From Propionibacterium freudenreichii subsp. freudenreichii (GTDB taxonomy: Bacteria; Actinomycetota; Actinomycetes; Propionibacteriales; Propionibacteriaceae), in assembly GCF_000940845.1 (NCBI RefSeq), contig NZ_CP010341.1, positions 930,001 through 962,000 on the forward strand: DNA of 32,000 nt, read 5' to 3'. The notes under the pieces were generated by a model, which was not told where the DNA came from, ran no database searches, and was given only the letters and a program-made list of their open reading frames with translations. Position numbers and translations under genes: made by a program. Position 1 is the first letter of the stretch. Every line of letters starts with the position of its first letter. Below are positions 26,322 through 32,000 of the stretch, in pieces.

Positions 26322-28761
26322 TCAGCGCCGCAATCCATCTGCCGGACGCTCGGCGCAATCCATCCGCCGGCGGGCGAACCACCGGCGGGGGAGGCGAGGC
26401 ATCCCTGACGGCGACGAACCCAGCCGGGCCCACCTGCGGGTGATCGACCTGCGGCTGGTCGCGCCAGCCCTCGTCGCCTGGGCCACGGCATGGATCGTGC
26501 TCGCTGACAGTGCGATGGCGACCACGATCATGGCGGTCGGCGTCGTGGTGGCATTCGGGGTGTTGCTGGCGATGCGGCGTTGGCGGGTCGCAGCGTGCGG
26601 ATTGGTCGCGCTGTCAGCCCTGGCCTGTACGACGGCACATCTGCAGGCCGCCTCGCAGGGGCCCCTTGCCCAGGCCGGACGTGACCGCAGCGTCGTCGCC
26701 ATCCAGGGCCAGGTGCGCAGTGATCCACGTGAGCTGCCCTCCCGATTCGGGTCCGCGTCCCATGTGGTGCGCATCGACGTGAGCCGGGTCGATATCGCCG
26801 GCGTCGGGTGGAACGTGGGATGTCGCGTGGAACTGAGCGGCCATGGGGACCCGGGCGACGCCATCGCCGGCCTGCAGGTGGGCCAGGCAGTGCGCCTGGG
26901 TGGACGTGCCGACCAGCCGCGTCAGGCCTCGCAGGGATTGTGCGCCCGCGTCGCCCTGTCGGCATCCCCGCAGGTGATCGCCCCGCCCGGCCCGATGGAC
27001 TCCACCATCAACCGGATGCGGAGCGGATTGCGTGACGCCATGGGGTGGAACAGCCGGGAACAGGCCGGCCTCGTGCCGTCCCTGGTGGTGGGTGACACCG
27101 CCGGCCTTCCCGCCGACCTGGTCGACGACTTCAAGGCCTCAAGCCTCACCCATCTCACCGCCGTCTCGGGCACGAACCTGACGCTCATGCTGGTCTTCTT
27201 CATGGCCGTGGCACGCACGGCGGGAGTACGCGGCTGGTGGCTGCGCGGACTCGGGGTCGTGGTGGTGGCATTCTTCGTGGTGATCTGTCGGGCCGAGGCC
27301 AGCGTCGTCCGGGCCGCAGCCATGGGCCTGGTGGCGTTGGCCGCAACCGGACGACGCGGAACCGGAGTTGCGGGCCTGCGACAGTTGTCGGTGGCGGTCT
27401 GGCTTGTCGTACTCGTCGACCCGTGGTTGGCGCGCAGCTGGGGCTTCGCCCTGTCGGCGACGGCCACGGCCGGGATCCTGTGGTGGGCCGGGCCCTGGCA
27501 GGCAAGGATGCGGCGTTGGGCTCCCGGATGGCTCGCCGAATCGCTGTGCGTTCCGGCCGCCGCGCAACTGGCCACGCAGCCCCTCATCACGATCCTGTCC
27601 GGCGAGATCTCGGTGGTGGGGCTGGGCGCCAACATGGCCGCGGCACCCTTCGTCGGTCCCGTGACGGTCCTGGGGCTCGTGGCGGCCCTGATCTCGCCGG
27701 TGCTCGGCCCGCTGGCGCAGGTGATGGGTTGGCTCGCCGGGTGTTGCGTCCAACCGATCATTCTCATTGCCCATCTGGCGGCATCGGCGCCGATGGCCAC
27801 CATGACGTGGCCCGTGTCGCCCGGCTCCATCACCTTGTTGATCATCTTCTGCCTGATGATCGCGCTCATCCTGGGGCGCCTGGTCGGACGCCGTCTGGGT
27901 TGCCTCGCGTTGGCCGGCGTCATGGTGATCGCCTGCCTGTGGCGACCGCCCCTGCCCGGGTGGCCGCGCGACTGGCAGGTCGTCAGCTGCGATGTGGGCC
28001 AGGGCGATGCCACACTCATCCGCACCGGGCCACGGGCGGCGATTGTCGTGGACACCGGACCGGAGCCGGACGCGATGGCCGCCTGCCTGACCACTGCCGG
28101 CGTCGACACGGTGCCGCTCCTGGTGCTCACGCATTTCCATGCCGATCACATCGATGGCACCGCGGGAGTGCTCGGTTCCGCGCGGGTGGGTCAGGCGCTG
28201 GTCAGCCCACTGGCATCCCCCGCCTCGGGGGCGGCCCGGGTGCGCAGCCAGCTGGAGCGCGCCGGGGTGGAGATCGCCACGGCGTCACCGGGGCAGGAAT
28301 GGGCCATCGGTGAGGGGCACTGGCGGACCCTGCAGGCCGGTTCCGGGGATGTCCCCGGGCAGCCGACGTCGCCGGGGGCGGGTTCGGAATCGGCCGAGAA
28401 TGACGCAAGCATCCTCGGGCTCGCGGGCAACGGGGACCTCAATGTGCTGGTCACCGGCGACCTCGAGCCGGACGGCCAGCGCAACGCCCTGCGGGAGGTT
28501 CCCCCGCAGTTGCTCCGCGCCGACATCGTCAAGGTGCCCCACCATGGTTCGGCGCGCCAGAGCGAGGACTTCCTGGCGGCCACCGGGGCCAGGGTGGCGC
28601 TGGTCAGCGTCGGCAAGAAGAACGGCTACGGCCACCCCGCGGCCGCAACCCTGGAGCTCCTCATGCGCCAGCAGATGACCATCATGCGCACTGATGAGCA
28701 GGGGGCGCTGGCGGTGGCCCGTCACAGTGACCGATCCCTGCAGGTGGTCAGCCAGCGGTGA
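26305..28761 (+). CDS. comEC: ComEC/Rec2 family DNA internalisation channel with C-terminal metallo-beta-lactamase domain
   Basis: Polytopic membrane core. MBL signature VVSCDVGQGDATLI...LTHFHADHIDG...VPHHGS. Overlaps the comEA 3' end by 17 nt if GTG 26305 is used; a later start is possible. Confidence 0.9.
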   Translation: MSRWADQRRNPSAGRSAQSIRRRANHRRGRRGIPDGDEPSRAHLRVIDLRLVAPALVAWATAWIVLADSAMATTIMAVGVVVAFGVLLAMRRWRVAACGLVALSALACTTAHLQAASQGPLAQAGRDRSVVAIQGQVRSDPRELPSRFGSASHVVRIDVSRVDIAGVGWNVGCRVELSGHGDPGDAIAGLQVGQAVRLGGRADQPRQASQGLCARVALSASPQVIAPPGPMDSTINRMRSGLRDAMGWNSREQAGLVPSLVVGDTAGLPADLVDDFKASSLTHLTAVSGTNLTLMLVFFMAVARTAGVRGWWLRGLGVVVVAFFVVICRAEASVVRAAAMGLVALAATGRRGTGVAGLRQLSVAVWLVVLVDPWLARSWGFALSATATAGILWWAGPWQARMRRWAPGWLAESLCVPAAAQLATQPLITILSGEISVVGLGANMAAAPFVGPVTVLGLVAALISPVLGPLAQVMGWLAGCCVQPIILIAHLAASAPMATMTWPVSPGSITLLIIFCLMIALILGRLVGRRLGCLALAGVMVIACLWRPPLPGWPRDWQVVSCDVGQGDATLIRTGPRAAIVVDTGPEPDAMAACLTTAGVDTVPLLVLTHFHADHIDGTAGVLGSARVGQALVSPLASPASGAARVRSQLERAGVEIATASPGQEWAIGEGHWRTLQAGSGDVPGQPTSPGAGSESAENDASILGLAGNGDLNVLVTGDLEPDGQRNALREVPPQLLRADIVKVPHHGSARQSEDFLAATGARVALVSVGKKNGYGHPAAATLELLMRQQMTIMRTDEQGALAVARHSDRSLQVVSQR

Positions 28762-28816
28762 GCGACCGGTCGGGCGGTGGTTCGATGTTGGGGGTGCTCG
28801 ATGGCACGATGAAGGG

Positions 28817-29842
28817 GTGAGCGCAAAAACCAGCAGCAAGCCAGTGTTCGGGTCGGTGACCCTGGTCCATGGTTCCGAACAGCTGTTGTCGGAACGGGCG
28901 GTGGCTGCATTGCGCAAGCGCGCCATGGCGGAGGAGCCCGGCCTGCAATTGGTCGAACTCGTGGGTGGTGACATGAGCCCGGCCGACTTCGTCGAGGCGA
29001 GTGGTGGCTCGCTGTTCGCCGATCACAGCCTGGTGATCATCACGGGGGCCGAGTCGATGGTACCCGAGTCGGTCGACGCCCTCGTCGCATTCGCGGGGGC
29101 CCCCAGCCCGGAGGTCGGCGTCATCGTGGTGCACCCGGGAGGGAACAAGGGCCGCGGACTGGTCGACAAGTTGCGCAAGGCGAAGGCCGGTGTGGTCGAA
29201 GTGGTCGCCCCCAAGGCGTGGGAACTGCCGAAGTTCGTGCAGGCGGAGGCGCGCGCCGCCCGGGTGGGCATGGAATCCGACGCGGCCCAGACCCTGGTCG
29301 ATGCCGTCGGCAACGACCTGCGGGCACTTGCCGGGGCGGTCAGCCAGCTGGCCAGCGATTGGGCGGGGGAGAGATTGTCCTCCGAGATGATCTCACGCTA
29401 TTTCCAGGGACGTGCCGAGGTCACCAGCTTCGCAGTCAGCGATGCAGTCCTGGCGGGCCAGACCGGCCAGGCCCTGGAGCGCCTGCGCTGGGCACTGGAC
29501 CTGGGCGTGGCACCGGTGCTCGTCACCAGCGCGCTGGCCAACGGCCTGCGTTCCCTGGGGCGCTATCTCGACGTGCGGGCAGAGCGGATGTCCGACATCG
29601 AGATGTCGCGCATCGTCGGCGTCCCCCCCTGGAAGGTGAAGACACTGGCGCGCCAGTCCCGGCTGTGGAGCGAGACGGCAGTGGCCCGGGGGCTCATCGC
29701 CCTGTCCCGCGCCGATGCCGCCGTGAAGGGCGCCGCAACCGACGCGGGATTCGCCCTTGAGCAGCTGATCCTCGCGCTGGACCATGCCCGGCGCGACGAT
29801 GCGTCGGGACATCGTCGCAGTGCCGGTGTGCGGCGTCGTTGA
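28817..29842 (+). CDS. holA: DNA polymerase III delta subunit
   Basis: Listed ORF 28694..29842 trimmed to GTG 28817, the only in-frame start after the comEC stop. LVHGSEQLLSERAVAALRKRA, SLFADHSLVII and the ALERLRWAL...G.PVL. pattern are typical of actinobacterial HolA. Confidence 0.85.
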   Translation: MSAKTSSKPVFGSVTLVHGSEQLLSERAVAALRKRAMAEEPGLQLVELVGGDMSPADFVEASGGSLFADHSLVIITGAESMVPESVDALVAFAGAPSPEVGVIVVHPGGNKGRGLVDKLRKAKAGVVEVVAPKAWELPKFVQAEARAARVGMESDAAQTLVDAVGNDLRALAGAVSQLASDWAGERLSSEMISRYFQGRAEVTSFAVSDAVLAGQTGQALERLRWALDLGVAPVLVTSALANGLRSLGRYLDVRAERMSDIEMSRIVGVPPWKVKTLARQSRLWSETAVARGLIALSRADAAVKGAATDAGFALEQLILALDHARRDDASGHRRSAGVRRR

Positions 29843-29855
29843 TGCGCCGTCGCGA

Positions 29856-30518
29856 TCACGGGTGCAAGCGTGCACCCCGCTGGCGGGTGCCGGCCCCCGG
29901 ACGCGACCTGCGGGCCGGCGGCAGGTGCCGTAGTCCGCGGTAGGTGGGATTTGCCCTGCGGAGTGCCATGTCAACGCGGCGTGCCCTCCGGTTGCCCAGG
30001 CCCACCATCAGGCGTACCGCGCGGTAGCCCTCGTCGGCCGCGGGGGATTCGTAGTCGGCCAGCTCCGGGTGCCGCGTGTCGAATCCGGCGGGCTGGTCGA
30101 GGGGTTGGCATTCCAGCCACACGCGGGTGCGGGGCAACACCCACCACAGTCGGTCGGGCTGCACCACCGTGCGAACCACGCCCAGTTCCGACCAGGGCAG
30201 GGCCAACGTGGGCAGCCTGCGTGCCTGCAGGGTGATCCCGCCGCGGTTCCAGCGAATGGTGCGGCGGGGGAGGTCGCGGACCTCGAGCAGTGCCAGGACC
30301 ACGCAGATGGCAGCAAGCACGAGCCCGACAATGGTCACGGGTCGCACGGGACGCGACAGGCCACCCACGGCGATCAACAGCCACGCCAGGCACAGCCCCA
30401 GGAAGGATGGAAGGAAGGCCGAGAGATATTCGCCGGGTGTGGCACCGAGTCTCACAATGCCCCCGTCGGCGGTGACGGGATCAGGTCCGCTGGTGGACCC
30501 GGTCGGGTGCGTGCGCAT
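29856..30518 (-). CDS. Hypothetical 2-TM membrane protein with possible bacterial PH-like soluble domain
   Basis: 220 aa with high GC3. Two TM helices (FLPSFLGLCLAWLLIAVGGL and VTIVGLVLAAICVVLALLEV) are followed by a beta-rich segment, RTIRWNRGGITLQARRLPTLALPWSELGVVRTV. GAAAGG RBS upstream. Confidence 0.55.
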   Translation of the reverse strand: MRTHPTGSTSGPDPVTADGGIVRLGATPGEYLSAFLPSFLGLCLAWLLIAVGGLSRPVRPVTIVGLVLAAICVVLALLEVRDLPRRTIRWNRGGITLQARRLPTLALPWSELGVVRTVVQPDRLWWVLPRTRVWLECQPLDQPAGFDTRHPELADYESPAADEGYRAVRLMVGLGNRRARRVDMALRRANPTYRGLRHLPPARRSRPGAGTRQRGARLHP

Positions 30519-30589
30519 GCGGGCAGCCTTTCATGCCCGGGGCCGATGTCGGCCCGGTCCGGGCGATGACCTGTTTGTGGACGCAGGAC

Positions 30590-30622
30590 AACGCCCCGAC
30601 CACCCAGTGGGATCGGGGCGTT
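30590..30622 (-). terminator. Hairpin downstream of rpsT (candidate terminator)
   Basis: AACGCCCCGA (30590-30599) and TCGGGGCGTT (30613-30622) form a perfect 10-bp stem with a 13-nt loop, 30 nt after the rpsT stop. Confidence 0.5.
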
Positions 30623-30651
30623 GGAAAAGAACTACGCCGTGGGGCGAAAAG

Positions 30652-30912
30652 TCAGAGTGACTCGACCTTGACGGAGATGGCCGACTTGCGGTTGGCGGCC
30701 TGATTGGTGTGGATGACACCCTTCGAGGCGGCCTTGTCGAGGGCGCGGTTGGCAACCTTGGCCAGGTCAGTGGCCTTGTCCTTGTCGCCCGCCGCAGCAG
30801 CCTCACGGAAGTTGCGCACATGAGTACGCAGAGCGGACTTCACGGCCTTGTTGCGCTGGCGCGCCTTCTCGTTGGTCTTGTTCCGCTTCTTCTGTGACTT
30901 GATGTTTGCCAC
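30652..30912 (-). CDS. rpsT: 30S ribosomal protein S20
   Basis: (M)[29 protein letters not shown]... is the canonical S20 sequence. GTG start with GAAGG RBS. Confidence 0.96.
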   Translation of the reverse strand: MANIKSQKKRNKTNEKARQRNKAVKSALRTHVRNFREAAAAGDKDKATDLAKVANRALDKAASKGVIHTNQAANRKSAISVKVESL

Positions 30913-30970
30913 TGGCCCAACCTTCGTGTTCGTCGTTACTGGGTGGTGTGCCCACAGGACACAGCGATCG

Positions 30971-31000
30971 AGACTATCACCGGGTCCGTGTCTGCGACAA
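30971..31000 (-). promoter_or_regulatory. Candidate rpsT promoter
   Basis: On the minus strand: TTGTCG (31000-30995), 18 nt, TAGTCT (30976-30971), about 55 nt upstream of the rpsT start. Confidence 0.4.
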
Positions 31001-31097
31001 AAATCGGGGATCTCGGTGCTCCTGCTGACCGCCGCGCACGCAGGTCATGGCGTCCGCTGACGCCCGTGGTGAAAAACAGACTCACCCAAACGAAAAC

Positions 31098-32000
31098 GGG
31101 TCTTCTCAGATGAGGGTGTAGGTCGGCCGGGCGCGTCGGTCCGCAGATAGACGTCGAGGTCTCCCGACGATGGAGGTTCCTACGCCATCCATCCGAAAGA
31201 CCTCGACGTGTCCGACGCTACCCCGCCGGCCGGCTTCGGCCGCCCTGACCTGACCGCCTTCGCTCGACTCGACGGCCTCGGTCTGAGCGTGACCGGACAA
31301 CGACTTGAACCGGATCGTGCGGTCCTCGCGTGCCGCGTGGTGGAACCAGATCAGTGGTGCCGACGGTGCGGCAGCGAAGGCGCTGCTCGTGACACCGTGA
31401 TCCGGCGGTTGGCCCACGAGCCGCTGGGCTGGCGACCGACCGTGCTGGAAGTTGTAGTGCGCCGCTACCGCTGTGCCGACTGCGGACACGTGTGGCGCCA
31501 AGACACCAGCGCCGCGGCGGAGCCACGCGCGAAGCTCTCGCGCACCGGGCTGCGGTGGGCGCTGGAAGGGATCGTGGTCGCACACCTCACCGTCGCCCGT
31601 GTCGCCGAGGGACTCGGGGTCGCGTGGGACACCGCCAACAACGCGGTCCTGGCTGAAGGCAAGCGGCTGCTGATCAACGACCCCACGCGGTTTGAGGGCG
31701 TGAAGGTCATTGGCGTCGATGAGCACGTCTGGCGCCACACCAGGCGTGGCGACAAGTACGTCACCGTGATCATCGACCTCACCCCGGTCCGCGATGGCGC
31801 CGGCCCAGCAAGGCTGCTGGACATGGTCGAGGGCCGGTCGAAGGCGGCGTTCAAGACCTGGCTCGCCGACCGCGACGACGCCTTCCGTGACGCGGTCGAG
31901 GTGGTCGCGATGGACGGCTTCACCGGGTTCAAGACCGCCGCTGCAGAGGAGATCCCGGACGCGGTCACGGTGATGGATCCCTTCCACGTCGTGCGCCTGG
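31098..32000 (+). mobile_element. ISL3-family insertion sequence, left end and 5' part (continues beyond window)
   Basis: GGGTCTTCTCAGATGAGGGTGTAGGTCGG at 31098 resembles ISL3 terminal inverted repeats, which as I recall typically begin GGCTCTT/GGGTCTT. It is followed by the transposase ORF. The right end is not in the window, so the boundary and target duplication are unverified. Confidence 0.7.
31208..32000 (+). CDS. ISL3 family transposase (N-terminal ~264 aa; 3' end beyond window)
   Basis: Absent from the ORF track because it has no stop in the window. The frame is open from 31151, and the first start is GTG 31208. The translation (V)SDATPPAGFGRPDLTAFARLDGLGLSVTGQRLEPDRAVLACRVVEPDQWCRRCGSEG...RRYRCADCGHVWRQD...GVDEHVWRHTRRGDKYVTVIIDLTPV...VVAMDGFTGFKTAAAEEIPDAVTVMDPFHVVRL shows the zf-ISL3, HTH and DDE-start pattern of actinobacterial ISL3 transposases. 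Confidence 0.9.
   Translation, partial: MSDATPPAGFGRPDLTAFARLDGLGLSVTGQRLEPDRAVLACRVVEPDQWCRRCGSEGAARDTVIRRLAHEPLGWRPTVLEVVVRRYRCADCGHVWRQDTSAAAEPRAKLSRTGLRWALEGIVVAHLTVARVAEGLGVAWDTANNAVLAEGKRLLINDPTRFEGVKVIGVDEHVWRHTRRGDKYVTVIIDLTPVRDGAGPARLLDMVEGRSKAAFKTWLADRDDAFRDAVEVVAMDGFTGFKTAAAEEIPDAVTVMDPFHVVRL

Noticed and set aside
31106-31987. 293-aa minus-strand ORF at the right edge
   Set aside because: It is antisense to the ISL3 transposase reading frame. That frame has a clear family-typical sequence but is missing from the ORF track because it has no stop in the window.

Overview
This is a high-GC (roughly two-thirds G+C) actinobacterial chromosomal segment. Most of it is a conserved housekeeping block on the + strand. 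Its order is: radical-SAM protein (TIGR03960-like, 5' end outside the window), DUF2344/TIGR03936-like protein, rne, rplU, rpmA, obg, proB, a 7-TM PQ-loop membrane protein, proA, nadD, rsfS, a histidine phosphatase, then leuS, pyrC, NAD-malic enzyme, comEA, comEC and holA. rpsT lies on the - strand. There is one tRNA-Ala(GGC), and the 5' part of an ISL3-family insertion sequence runs off the right edge.

Three minus-strand or accessory islands interrupt the block. (i) marR with divergent terC-chaA sits between the two halves of the radical-SAM pair. (ii) An NTF2-like gene, an SDR gene, tRNA-Ala and a divergent pair of uncharacterised genes (DUF4352-like membrane protein and DUF4192-like protein) share an intergenic region holding an iteron-like 17-bp repeat array. 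(iii) An orphan 2-TM protein lies between holA and rpsT.

Many listed ORFs are antisense shadow ORFs or carry over-extended N-termini. Starts were re-picked from RBS and overlap evidence.

I see no CRISPR array, prophage, integrase, toxin-antitoxin pair or recognisable defence system, and I cannot point to a clear new multi-gene system. The least-explained items are the DUF4352/DUF4192 divergent pair with its repeat array, the bacterial 7-TM PQ-loop protein wedged between proB and proA, and the split radical-SAM/DUF2344 pair next to RNase E. All family assignments come from motif recognition by eye, not from database searches.
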